DNA of 64,000 nt, from the NCBI GenBank assembly GCA_004297985.1, contig SCRA01000044.1:78262-142261 (forward strand), given 5' to 3'. How positions within the stretch are numbered: position 1 is the first letter of the stretch; every line of letters starts with the position of its first letter. Below the pieces are notes generated by a model that was not told where the DNA came from, made no database searches, and saw nothing but the letters and a program-made list of their open reading frames with translations. A program made the position numbers and the translations under genes. Source of the DNA: a bacterium (GTDB taxonomy: Bacteria; Vulcanimicrobiota; Vulcanimicrobiia; Vulcanimicrobiales; SCRA01). Below, in pieces: positions 9,676 through 18,338 of the stretch.

Positions 9676-10568
9676 TTGATGCTCGCGATCACGTTCTGAG
9701 GTACGCCGTGCAGGAAGGGCGTCGGGTCAACGGCGCGGCCATCGAGCATGAGCTGGTAGTGCAGGTGGGGACCTGTGGCGAATCCGGAGGCTCCGACCAA
9801 GCCGATGACCTCACTTCGCGTAACCACTTGTCCGGCATGGACGAGCGCCTTCTCGAGGTGAGCGTACCACGTGTGATACCCGTTCCCGTGGTCGATGTCA
9901 ACTTTGATGCCGTAGCCGCCATCCCAGCCGGCGGATGCAACGTAGCCGTCAGCGGCCGCTTCGACGGGCGTCCCGTAGTTCGCGGCGATATCGAGGCCAT
10001 CGTGGAACTCACGGTCGGGATACGTGCGATAGCCGAATCCCGAGACGACAGGGCCCTCGACGGGCATCAGCGACGGGATGGCCGCGATCGCCCGCGCACG
10101 GGCCTGCGCTTGAGCCCTGCGCTCGGCCGCCGCGCGCAGGGCTTGCGCGCGCAAGAGGCTCTCGTCGACGCCGACACTGCCCGCAAGCCGGTCGAGGACG
10201 GCAAGGCGCAACTGCACCGTCTCGAACCCCCCGCGGTAGGAGAGTTGGCGCGGCGCCGCTAGCGTCGAGGCCGGCGGGTGAGCCGGTGCGAGACCGATGA
10301 TGCGCCGGATCTCAGCGTTCTGCCGCTGGATATGGCGCAGCGTCTGGTCGAGACTCTTGGCCTGCCGATCCACGGCCGCCAGCCGGCGCCGCTGATCGTC
10401 GGCGACGGCGCGCAGATGGTGGACATCCCGGATGACGGCGCCGAACACGACGAGAAGCATCGCCGCCAAGACGCCGAGAGCGGCGTAGAGGTGGCGGCGG
10501 GGAACTTCCAGCCGGTACACGGAGTAACCGTGCGGCGGTATGATCTTGATCAGGAACCGATCGCTCAA
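9672..10568 (-). CDS. M23 family metallopeptidase (membrane-anchored, coiled-coil linker)
   Basis: HDGLDIAANYGTPV, DGGYGIKVDIDHGNGYHTWYAHL and GASGFATGPHLHYQL are the HxxxD and HxH M23 motifs. N-terminal TM segment present. Confidence 0.85.
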   Translation of the reverse strand: MSDRFLIKIIPPHGYSVYRLEVPRRHLYAALGVLAAMLLVVFGAVIRDVHHLRAVADDQRRRLAAVDRQAKSLDQTLRHIQRQNAEIRRIIGLAPAHPPASTLAAPRQLSYRGGFETVQLRLAVLDRLAGSVGVDESLLRAQALRAAAERRAQAQARARAIAAIPSLMPVEGPVVSGFGYRTYPDREFHDGLDIAANYGTPVEAAADGYVASAGWDGGYGIKVDIDHGNGYHTWYAHLEKALVHAGQVVTRSEVIGLVGASGFATGPHLHYQLMLDGRAVDPTPFLHGVPQNVIASIK

Positions 10569-10659
10569 GGCGCTCCACGGGTTCGCGCGTTGGGCCGGTC
10601 ATCCTGCCCACCGAGGGGGCGTCTCAAGCCCGCGCCCTCAGTTCGCCACACTGCGAAAA

Positions 10660-10773
10660 CGGCCACGCGGCCAGGATATCCGCGGCACACGGGGGAGTTC
10701 GCTTACCGTTGCTTCCTTCCGGACCTGGCGGGGTTCACGACCACCCGTTGCGCGGGACCCGACCGCGTGGCTC
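10660..10773 (-). ncRNA. ffs: Signal recognition particle RNA (small 4.5S type); ends approximate within about 10 nt
   Basis: The minus strand reads GCCACGCGG...CCGCCAGGUCCGGAAGGAAGCAACGGUAAGCG...CCCCGUGUGCCGCGGAUAUCCUGGCCGCGUGGC. It contains the conserved domain IV motifs GGUCCGGAAGGAAGCA and GUGUGCCG.GGAU of E. coli 4.5S RNA. A terminal helix GCCACGCGG/CCGCGUGGC is followed by a UUUU run. Confidence 0.85.
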
Positions 10774-10925
10774 AACCTATCGTAACAGGTCCGTGCAAGG
10801 CGCGGCCATGCCCTGTTGGCTATGCCTCGATGCATCTGCCGGAAGGCCACGGAAGCACGAAAACTTTACACGGTAGCCAGGCGCGCCCAGGAGGAGGCGC
10901 CCAACCCCCGCAGAATAGCGCACGC

Positions 10926-10990
10926 GAAGCGATCGTTGTGCGCAATCTCTTGCGCCCACACCCGGCAACGATCGCTTCCTTGTTTTTTTA
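10926..10990 (+). terminator. Strong intrinsic terminator with no annotated upstream plus-strand gene
   Basis: Perfect 13-bp stem GAAGCGATCGTTG (10926-10938) / CAACGATCGCTTC (10966-10978), enclosing an inner GCGCAA-tctc-TTGCGC hairpin, followed by CTTGTTTTTTT. A T7 run is conspicuous in this GC-rich DNA. Confidence 0.55.
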
Positions 10991-11050
10991 CGACGTTCGC
11001 TGGTGAGCCGCCGCGTACACCGCGAAGTCGGCGGGCGAAAGAGCTGACGA

Positions 11051-11248
11051 CTAGAGAAACCCTTCGATCTGCGTGCACCCCGCAGCACGTACCAACTCGG
11101 CGTGCGCGCGTGTCTCCACGCCTTCGGCCACCACGCCGACCCCCATCTCGCGAGCCATCACCACGATACCGCGGACGATGGCCGCGTCGACGACGCGCAG
11201 CTGACAATCCTCCAATTCGAAGACGTAGGCCGTGTTTTGGCGCGACAG
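11051..11248 (-). pseudogene. EAL-domain (c-di-GMP phosphodiesterase) C-terminal remnant
   Basis: The minus frame between stops reads LSRQNTAYVFELEDCQLRVVDAAIVRGIVVMAREMGVGVVAEGVETRAHAELVRAAGCTQIEGFL-stop. This matches the C-terminal EAL pattern (I..II.LA..LG..VVAEGVET......L...GC...QG). Only about 65 codons remain and there is no N-terminal domain or credible start. Confidence 0.55.
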
Positions 11249-11310
11249 TTAGGAGACCCATGAAGATCGCCGTCGTTTGCTCGCCCGCTCCCTCTGCGCC
11301 GCACTGCGGA

Positions 11311-14300
11311 CTAAGCTTGACCGTAATCCTTCGTGGTGAGCGCCTCCGTAACGATGCGCTCTTGCTCCACCGCGTGGGCACCCGCGTAGCCTTCGCTAGG
11401 CGCCGAGCGATCCGGCCGGCCGACGTAGCCCCAGCCGATGCCGCGCGGCAGCAGGCGCTCGCGCAGCCGTCGTGAGACGAAGGCACGCGCACCTTGATTG
11501 CGCGGCTCTTCCTGCACCCACGCCACGCTCTTGGCGCTAGGGTAGCTCGCGATGATCTCGAGCACGCGCTCGTAGGGGAAGGGCTCGAGAAGCTCGACGC
11601 GTACGATCGCCAAGTCCTTCGCCTCGGCACGCGCAGCACTACCGGTGAGATCGTAGTAGATCTTCCCGCTGCAGAGAATCACGCGCGTGATCGCGCCGCG
11701 GCCGGTCACCGACGGATCGTCGATCGCGGGTTGGAACTGCACGTCGGTAAGGTCGTGCAGGGTCGAGGCGGCGGCTTTGAGCCGCAGAAGGCTCTTGGGG
11801 GTCATGATCACGAGCGGCCGCGCCTTGGGCGCAAGTGCCTGATCGCGCAGCAAGTGGAAGTATTGCCCCGGGGTGCTGCAATTGGCGACCCTGATACTTC
11901 CCTCCGCAGCCAGTTGCAAGAAACGCTCTAAGCGCGCGCTGGAGTGTTCGGGGCCCATGCCCTCGTACGAATGCGGCAAGAGCAGCGTCAAGCGCGAGGT
12001 CTGCCCCCACTTGGCGCGGCCGGCGACGATGAACTGGTCGATGACGACCTGCGCGTTGTTGGAGAAGTCGCCGAACTGCGCCTCCCAGAGTACCAGCGCC
12101 TCGGGAGCCGCCGTGGAGTAGCCGTACTCGAAGCCTAGGCACGCATTCTCCGAGAGCGGACTGTTGTGAACCTCAAAGGAGGCACGCGCGCCCGGCAGAT
12201 GCTGCATCGGCGAGTAGACCTCCCCGGTCTTGGCATCGTGCAGCACGATGTGACGATGGCTGAACGTTCCGCGCGTGGTGTCCTGACCGGTGAGACGAAT
12301 GGGGACGCCTTCCTGCAGGAGCGAGGCGAAGGCGAGCGCCTCTCCTAGGCCCCAGTCGAAGTCGCCGCCTTCGTCAAGTGCCGTGCGACGGCGCTCGAGC
12401 TGGCGCAGCAGCTTGGGATGGACCGTGAATCCGTCACGTACCACGAGCAACTGCTCGTTGAGCGTACGCAGCGTCGGCGAAGAGAGCCGCGTGTCGATGA
12501 ACGTGTCGGTGACACCGTTCAGCGAACCGTTCGGCGACTCCGTGCGCGAGGAGAGTGACGGAAGATCCGCCTTGACGCGCTTATAGGCCTCGCCCAAACG
12601 CTGCGTCACGCCGTCATACGCAGCCTTGGCGTCTTGCTCCGTGATCACGCCCTTGGCAACCAACTCGCGCGCGTAGACTTCGTGTGCCGGCGGATGCTTG
12701 GCGATGATGGCATACATCTGCGGTTGCGTGTAGGCCGGCTCGTCGGCCTCGTTGTGGCCGAAACGACGATAGCCGATCAACTCGACCAGCACGCTGCGCC
12801 CGAAGCGGCGGCGGTACGCCAGCGCGAGACGTCCGGCAGCTATGACGCCCTCGGCATCGTCTGCGTTGACGTGGATAATCGGGATGTCGAAGCCCTTCGC
12901 CAGATCGCTGGCGTAGCGCGTCGAGCGCCCCTCGGTAGGCTCCGTGGTGAATCCGATCTGGTTGTTCGAGATAACGTGCAGCGTGCCGCCGACCGAGTAC
13001 CCGTCGAGCATGCCGAAGTTGAGCGTCTCCTCAACCACGCCCTGACCCGGGAAGGCGGCGTCGCCGTGGACCAGTATCGCCGCGGCCTTGTGCCGATCGA
13101 GCGTTCCCGAACCGGAGGAGCGATCGGTCTGCGCCGCGCGCGTCTCTCCCTCGACGACCGGATCGACCACTTCCAAGTGGCTGGGGTTGTTCAAGAGGGC
13201 GACGGAGATGCTCTTGCCCGAGGACGTCTGGAAGACGCCTTGAGCACCGAGGTGATACTTGACGTCACCGGTGACATCGCCTTCGCTGATATGGGAAAAG
13301 TGCACATCGGCCAACTCGAACTCCGTGAGGATGTCCTCGAAGGGGCGGTTGGCGATGTGCGTGATCACCGATAGACGGCCGCGATGGGCCATGCCGAGAT
13401 AGACGCTCTCGATGCCGTCGTCCGCATACTCGTCGAGGGCCTCGGCCAGCAACGGCACCAACGCGTCGACGCCTTCGATGGAGAAGGTCTTGGAGCCCAG
13501 GAACGTGCGGCGCAGGTAGTGCTCGAATGCCTCGACGCTGGTCAAACGCTCGAAGAGGCGGTGGCGCTCCTCGGTTGTGAGCGGCCGGCGATGGGCCCCG
13601 GACTCGATCTGTTGGCGAAGCCACACGCGCTGCTCGTGGCTGGAGAGATGCTCCACTTCGTAGGCAATCGTCGAGCTGTAGATATCCTTGAATCGATCGA
13701 GCGCCTCACCGACCGTCTCTCCGGGCAGACCGCCGCCCAGCGCCGAGATGGGAACGGCATCGAGTTCCGCGCGCGTGACGCCTAGGCTCTCGGGGTCGAG
13801 CACCTCGTCCCCCTTACCGGGTGCGCCCAGCGGGTTGAGGTTGGCCGCGGTGTGGCCGTGCGTGCGGTAGCGGACGATCATCGCCATGCCTGCGGCCGCG
13901 GCGCGCAGCATCCGCTCGCCGGGCGCGCCGCCCGCGGCGGGTGCCCCGCTCGCCGCCAACGCCGCGAGCGGCGTAGGCTGGGGCAACTGCACGGCGCCGG
14001 GACGCGCGAGGCCCAGAGCCTCGAAAGCAGCTTCGTAGAAGCTCTCCTGGCCGCCCAAGTATTGCCCGATGCGGCGCAGGAACTCTCCGGACTCGGCTCC
14101 CTGGGTGATGCGGTGGTCGTAGGTGCTGGTGAGCGTAACGATCTTCGAGACGCCCAGCGCCTTTAGCGTGGCCTCGGGAATGGAGGCCAGGCCCGGAGGA
14201 TAGCCGATGGCGCCCGCCGCGACGATCGTCCCCTGACCGCTCATCAAACGCGGAACGGAGGCGACCGTACCGATGCCGCCGGGATTGGTCAAGGTGATGG

Positions 14301-15564
14301 TGGCGCCCGCTAGATCGTCGGCCTGTAGGCTATTGGTGCGCGCCTTGGCGATCAGCGCTTCGTAGGCCGCGTGAAACTCGCTGAAGCTCAAGCGATCGGA
14401 GTCGCGGATCACCGGCACCATCAGGAATCGGCTGCCGTCCTTGCGCGTCACGTCGACCGCGATGCCGAGGTTGACGCCGCGGGAGATGCGCTCCGGCGTC
14501 CCGGCGGCCGTTCGCCGGAAGCTCTGGGCCATGCTGGGAACGTCGTCCGCTGCACGCGCAATGGCGTACGCGATCAGATGGGTGTAGGACACCTTCTCGG
14601 CGCGCCCGGCGGCCTTGAGCGCCGCGTTCAGCTCGCGGCGGCGCGCGTCGAGCACGTCGACGGAGACGGTACGGAAGCTTGTGGCGGTGGGGATCTGGAG
14701 GCTCTGCTCCATGTAGCCGGCAAGCGTCGCCGCGGGACCCTTGATCGGAGTTACCTGTTCCGCGCTCGCGGCATGGGCGCCGCCATTCTTGGCGGAGATA
14801 ACGTCTTCGGCGAGTATGCGGCCGTGGTCTCCCGTTCCGTGAACCACGGTTAGCGCGACTCCGTGCTCGCGAGCCAGCTTGCGCACGGACGGGGAGGCGG
14901 GGCCGCCCGGTTCGCCGGCAGGTGCGGCCGTGGCGACGATCGAGCGCGGCGCGGTGGGAGCCAGCGGGGCTGCGGACGCCGACGGGGCCACAGACGCCGC
15001 CGTTGCGGCAGCGCTCGCCCCTTCTTCAACCTCTGCCAGCACGGCGCCGATGGCTGCCGTCTCACCCTCCTGCAGGTGGAGCTTGGCGACTCGTCCGTTC
15101 ACGCCGGCGGGAAGCTCGACGTTGACCTTGTCCGTCTGGATCTCGGCGATCGTCTCCTCGGCGGAGACCAAGTCGCCGACATGCTTGCGCCACTCCAGCA
15201 GGGTGCCTTCGGTCACCGACTCGCCCATGGGCGGCATGACGATCTCGACAAGGCGTCCGGGGGGTGCGGGCACGGCGGCGGGCGCTAACACCACGGAGGG
15301 GGAGGAGGCATCGGCGGCGGTGTCGACCTCTGCGAGGATAGCACCGACCGTCACCGTGTCGCCCTCCGCGGCCAGCAGACGCACCACGCGTCCTCCCGCG
15401 GGCGATGGTAACTCAACATCGACCTTATCGGTCGTAATCTCGGCCAAGGGCTCGCCTTCAGTGACGAGGTCGCCGACCTTCTTGAGCCAGGCCGTGACGG
15501 TCCCCTCGCTGACCGACTCGCCCATTTCGGGAAGGGCGACTTGGACCAGCGTCTGCTCTACCAT
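11311..15564 (-). CDS. odhA: Fused 2-oxoglutarate dehydrogenase: complete E2o (2 lipoyl domains + E3-binding domain + Kgd-type acyltransferase core) joined to E1o
   Basis: Two lipoyl domains (EITTDKVDVELP with K47; EIQTDKVNVELP with K146). PSBD PSVRKLAREHGVALTVVHGTGDHGRILAEDV. Acyltransferase core with PTATSFR and TSTYDHRITQGAESGEFL, the Kgd/OdhA-type DHRI.QGAESG. Then an E1o body of roughly 880 aa (MAHRGRL, GDAAFPGQGVV, RRFGHNE, LLLPHSYEGMGPEHSSARLERFLQL). Confidence 0.9.
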   Translation of the reverse strand: MVEQTLVQVALPEMGESVSEGTVTAWLKKVGDLVTEGEPLAEITTDKVDVELPSPAGGRVVRLLAAEGDTVTVGAILAEVDTAADASSPSVVLAPAAVPAPPGRLVEIVMPPMGESVTEGTLLEWRKHVGDLVSAEETIAEIQTDKVNVELPAGVNGRVAKLHLQEGETAAIGAVLAEVEEGASAAATAASVAPSASAAPLAPTAPRSIVATAAPAGEPGGPASPSVRKLAREHGVALTVVHGTGDHGRILAEDVISAKNGGAHAASAEQVTPIKGPAATLAGYMEQSLQIPTATSFRTVSVDVLDARRRELNAALKAAGRAEKVSYTHLIAYAIARAADDVPSMAQSFRRTAAGTPERISRGVNLGIAVDVTRKDGSRFLMVPVIRDSDRLSFSEFHAAYEALIAKARTNSLQADDLAGATITLTNPGGIGTVASVPRLMSGQGTIVAAGAIGYPPGLASIPEATLKALGVSKIVTLTSTYDHRITQGAESGEFLRRIGQYLGGQESFYEAAFEALGLARPGAVQLPQPTPLAALAASGAPAAGGAPGERMLRAAAAGMAMIVRYRTHGHTAANLNPLGAPGKGDEVLDPESLGVTRAELDAVPISALGGGLPGETVGEALDRFKDIYSSTIAYEVEHLSSHEQRVWLRQQIESGAHRRPLTTEERHRLFERLTSVEAFEHYLRRTFLGSKTFSIEGVDALVPLLAEALDEYADDGIESVYLGMAHRGRLSVITHIANRPFEDILTEFELADVHFSHISEGDVTGDVKYHLGAQGVFQTSSGKSISVALLNNPSHLEVVDPVVEGETRAAQTDRSSGSGTLDRHKAAAILVHGDAAFPGQGVVEETLNFGMLDGYSVGGTLHVISNNQIGFTTEPTEGRSTRYASDLAKGFDIPIIHVNADDAEGVIAAGRLALAYRRRFGRSVLVELIGYRRFGHNEADEPAYTQPQMYAIIAKHPPAHEVYARELVAKGVITEQDAKAAYDGVTQRLGEAYKRVKADLPSLSSRTESPNGSLNGVTDTFIDTRLSSPTLRTLNEQLLVVRDGFTVHPKLLRQLERRRTALDEGGDFDWGLGEALAFASLLQEGVPIRLTGQDTTRGTFSHRHIVLHDAKTGEVYSPMQHLPGARASFEVHNSPLSENACLGFEYGYSTAAPEALVLWEAQFGDFSNNAQVVIDQFIVAGRAKWGQTSRLTLLLPHSYEGMGPEHSSARLERFLQLAAEGSIRVANCSTPGQYFHLLRDQALAPKARPLVIMTPKSLLRLKAAASTLHDLTDVQFQPAIDDPSVTGRGAITRVILCSGKIYYDLTGSAARAEAKDLAIVRVELLEPFPYERVLEIIASYPSAKSVAWVQEEPRNQGARAFVSRRLRERLLPRGIGWGYVGRPDRSAPSEGYAGAHAVEQERIVTEALTTKDYGQA

Positions 15565-15666
15565 GAACTCCTCTACACATCGTGACGGACAACAGGGAAA
15601 ATGCTAGCGGCGTGGCTTCCGCATCGAGGGCGGCACACCCTTGGTCACGATGCAAGATGACACGAC

Positions 15667-15689
15667 GGGGCGGCACCTGGTGCCGCCCC
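15667..15689 (-). terminator. GC-rich hairpin downstream of the SPW-protein gene
   Basis: GGGGCGGCAC-ctg-GTGCCGCCCC, a perfect 10-bp stem, sits 25 nt after the stop at 15714. On the minus strand it is followed by GUCGUGUCAUCUUGC, only a weak U tract. Confidence 0.4.
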
Positions 15690-15713
15690 GTTCGCTTCCG
15701 TTACCCGGCGCGC

Positions 15714-16088
15714 TCAGGCGCGTGCGGTCGTGCCGCCGCGCATCGCGGATCCCAACTCGCGTTCGTAGACTTGCGAGACGATCGCCGTGACGATCGCCAG
15801 GATGCCCATGACCACATTGCTCCAGATCATCGCCGCATCACCGCGTACGAACGACGCGGAGATCAGCAGCCAGATGCCGGCTAAGATGTTGATGATGGGC
15901 CACCAGTTCGCGGCCCCCTTGGCCTGCATGCTCAACTCGATGAGCGCGACGATGCCGATCACGATACCCGTGATCGTTACGTCCCACGCGGCTCCGGAGG
16001 AGACGTTCCCCAGGACCCACGGGGAGAGAAGAACGAGAATACCCAGGACCAAATTGATCCACGGCACGTAGATGTGACCTTTGGCCAT
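15714..16088 (-). CDS. SPW-repeat membrane protein
   Basis: MAKGHIYVPWINLVLGILVLLSPWVLG... has four predicted TM segments and the SPW motif. Its ATG 16088 shares one base with the fahA stop (TAATG). The ORF-track N-extension overlaps fahA. Confidence 0.6.
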   Translation of the reverse strand: MAKGHIYVPWINLVLGILVLLSPWVLGNVSSGAAWDVTITGIVIGIVALIELSMQAKGAANWWPIINILAGIWLLISASFVRGDAAMIWSNVVMGILAIVTAIVSQVYERELGSAMRGGTTARA

Positions 16089-17419
16089 TATGGACTCACC
16101 TCCGTACTCTTTATACCCATGTCCGCTCCGACGATCCGCCCGCTCACCTCGCCGAAGCCGATGCGCGGCGTGTCGTCGCCGCCGGCGTGACCCAGCAGAC
16201 GAACGGTGTCGCCGTCCTCCAGAAACGCCCGTTGCGTGCCGTCGGGCAGACGGATAGGGCGCGTACCGCGCCACGTCAGCTCGATGAAGCTGCCGAAGTC
16301 GGGCTCGAGGTCGGAGACGGTCCCCGAGGCGAAGAGGTCGCCTGGGCGCACCACCGCGCCGTTAGCGGTTGCGTGCGCGAGCTGTTGCGCCACGTTCCAA
16401 TACATGCGCCGGAAGGTGGGCTGGGATACGGTCAGCGGGGCGAGGCCGCGGCGCGCCATCTCCGCACTTTGCAGCTCGATGCGCAACGAGATCGCGTAGT
16501 TCCACGCGCCGCTCGTCCGCAAGTAGGGAAGCGGCTCCGGCTCTTGGTGTGGGCCCTCCACGCGGAACGGCTCGAGGGCGTCGAGCGAGACGACCCACGG
16601 CGAGATCGACGTCGCGAACGATTTGCCCAGGAACGGTCCAAGCGGCTGATACTCCCACGCTTGGATGTCTCGTGCGCTCCAGTCGTTGACGAGCACCATG
16701 CCGTAGATGTGCTCGCGCGCGCTGGAGGCCGGGATAGGTGTGCCGAGCGCGTTCCCGGGACCGGTGACGAAGCCGACTTCCAACTCGATGTCGAGCGCAC
16801 GGCTGGGTCCGAAGAGCGGCGGCTGCTGCGGATCGGGGCGGCGCTGGCCGCTGGGGCGCACGATGGGCGTGCCGCTCACCACGATCGTGCCGGAGCGCCC
16901 GTGGTAGCCGATGGGGATGTGCCGGTAATTGGGCATCAACGGCTCCCCACCGGGACGGAAGAGCCGGCCTAGATTCGTGGCATGTTCGATCGACGAATAG
17001 AAGTCGACATAATCGCCGACATCAAACGGCAGGTGCATGCGTGCTTGCGCACGCGGATAGAGGGCGCGCTCCGTGAGACCGGGCGCGCCGCGCAGCTCCT
17101 CGTTGCCCGCCGAGAGCAGCGCCGACAATCGCGCGCGCAGGGCGCTCCAGGCACCGCGACCGCGCGCGAGGAACGCGTTGAGCGCGCCGCTGGTCAAGAT
17201 GGCACGCGCCCCCGGGAGGGCATCCTCGAGCAGTCCGGCCTCGGCGATCAAGGCGAGGTCGAGCACGCTATCGCCGATCGCCACGCCTACGCGCGGCGAT
17301 TCATAAGCGCGCGAGACGATGCCCAGAGGAAGATTCTGGATCGGGAAGCCGCTCCCGTCGGGAACGTCGATCCACGAACGAAGCGCGCCATCGGTCGTGG
17401 CGTCGAAGGCGGCGCTCAC
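16088..17419 (-). CDS. fahA: Fumarylacetoacetase (fumarylacetoacetate hydrolase)
   Basis: 443 aa. N-terminal SWIDVPDGSGFPIQNLPLGI, central HIPIGYHGRSGTIVVSGTPIVRPSGQ and DIELEVGFV, and WEYQPLGPFLGKSFATSISPWVV are typical of eukaryote/bacterial FAH. GTG start overlaps the upstream stop (GTGA). Confidence 0.9.
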   Translation of the reverse strand: MSAAFDATTDGALRSWIDVPDGSGFPIQNLPLGIVSRAYESPRVGVAIGDSVLDLALIAEAGLLEDALPGARAILTSGALNAFLARGRGAWSALRARLSALLSAGNEELRGAPGLTERALYPRAQARMHLPFDVGDYVDFYSSIEHATNLGRLFRPGGEPLMPNYRHIPIGYHGRSGTIVVSGTPIVRPSGQRRPDPQQPPLFGPSRALDIELEVGFVTGPGNALGTPIPASSAREHIYGMVLVNDWSARDIQAWEYQPLGPFLGKSFATSISPWVVSLDALEPFRVEGPHQEPEPLPYLRTSGAWNYAISLRIELQSAEMARRGLAPLTVSQPTFRRMYWNVAQQLAHATANGAVVRPGDLFASGTVSDLEPDFGSFIELTWRGTRPIRLPDGTQRAFLEDGDTVRLLGHAGGDDTPRIGFGEVSGRIVGADMGIKSTEVSP

Positions 17420-18333
17420 GCCAGCATCCCGAGCGCGACCAGATCTTCGATCGGCTCCGTCGTGCTGCAGCTTCCGTAGGCGTGGAAGAGCTCGGCTCGC
17501 GCCGCGCCGACTCGGCGCCGGTCGGCGACGAGCTCACGCCAGCGCAGCGCTGCCGGGGTGAGCGTGAAATGGCCGGCATCCTCCTCGCTCAGAATCTCCC
17601 GCAACGTGGGCTCTCCGGCCAGCTTGGCATGCGCGAAGACGGCCGCCGCTCCAATGTTGAGAAAGCCATGCATGGCGAAGCCGGTAGGCGAATCGACGTG
17701 GCGTAGGGGATGGTGCAGGCCCGCCGTCGCCTTGAACGGTACGCTCAACGCGGCAGCCGTCGCGATAAAGTGCGCAAGGGCCTCCGGCGACGGAAACAGA
17801 TCGGCGGTGAGGCCCCCGCAACGAATCTTCGCTCCGAGCGTGCGCGCTTCGTTTGCGACGCGCTCGCGCGCCACTGCGCGCAGCCCGGCATCGGGTGCGC
17901 TCGACGGCAGCTCGACGTAGAGCGCCGCAGCCTCGTCGAAGGCACCGGCGACGGCATCGCAGATCTCGCGCAGCGAACGCCGAGCCGACTCGTCGCTCTG
18001 TGGCTCGCGCAGTCTGGTTTCGAAGAGCTCCACGGCCACGGTACCGCTGCCTCGCTCCACGGTCTTGCGCGCGCGCGCAACGCCCGCTCGCAGGCCCTGC
18101 GCTCCGGCCTCGTCGAGGATGACGCTCACCATCAGAGGGCGCGTGCGCACGCGGGGGAGACATGTCTCCAATTCATCGAGGCGGCTGGCCGGGACGATGA
18201 AGCGTCCCACGATCCACTGATAGCGGCCGGCGCCGGCGCGGTCGTGTGCGTCGAGCGCCTCCTCCATCGAGAGACTCGCGGGCGGGAAGAGGCCGGCGTC
18301 GTCGATCAACTCGACCAGAAAGCGGTTCAGCAC
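17416..18333 (-). CDS. Conserved-looking hypothetical protein (about 305 aa), function unknown
   Basis: Coding-like composition from VLNRFLVELIDDAGLFPP... to ...GAKIRCGGLTADLFPSPEALAHFIATAAALSVPFKATAGLHHPLRH...YGSCSTTEPIEDLVALGMLA. Start provisionally at GTG 18333, 5 nt after the OYE stop. The rest of the 680-aa ORF-track entry overlaps the OYE gene out of frame and is Arg/Gly-rich junk. Confidence 0.6.
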   Translation of the reverse strand: MLNRFLVELIDDAGLFPPASLSMEEALDAHDRAGAGRYQWIVGRFIVPASRLDELETCLPRVRTRPLMVSVILDEAGAQGLRAGVARARKTVERGSGTVAVELFETRLREPQSDESARRSLREICDAVAGAFDEAAALYVELPSSAPDAGLRAVARERVANEARTLGAKIRCGGLTADLFPSPEALAHFIATAAALSVPFKATAGLHHPLRHVDSPTGFAMHGFLNIGAAAVFAHAKLAGEPTLREILSEEDAGHFTLTPAALRWRELVADRRRVGAARAELFHAYGSCSTTEPIEDLVALGMLA

Positions 18334-18338
18334 GTCCG

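Noticed and set aside
10816-11639. ORFs of 219 aa (plus strand) and 257 aa (minus strand) covering the ffs-to-odhA gap.
   Set aside because: The plus ORF reads through a strong intrinsic terminator. The minus ORF is out of frame with the EAL remnant and overlaps the odhA-like 3' end. Both are Arg/Pro-rich with no motifs.
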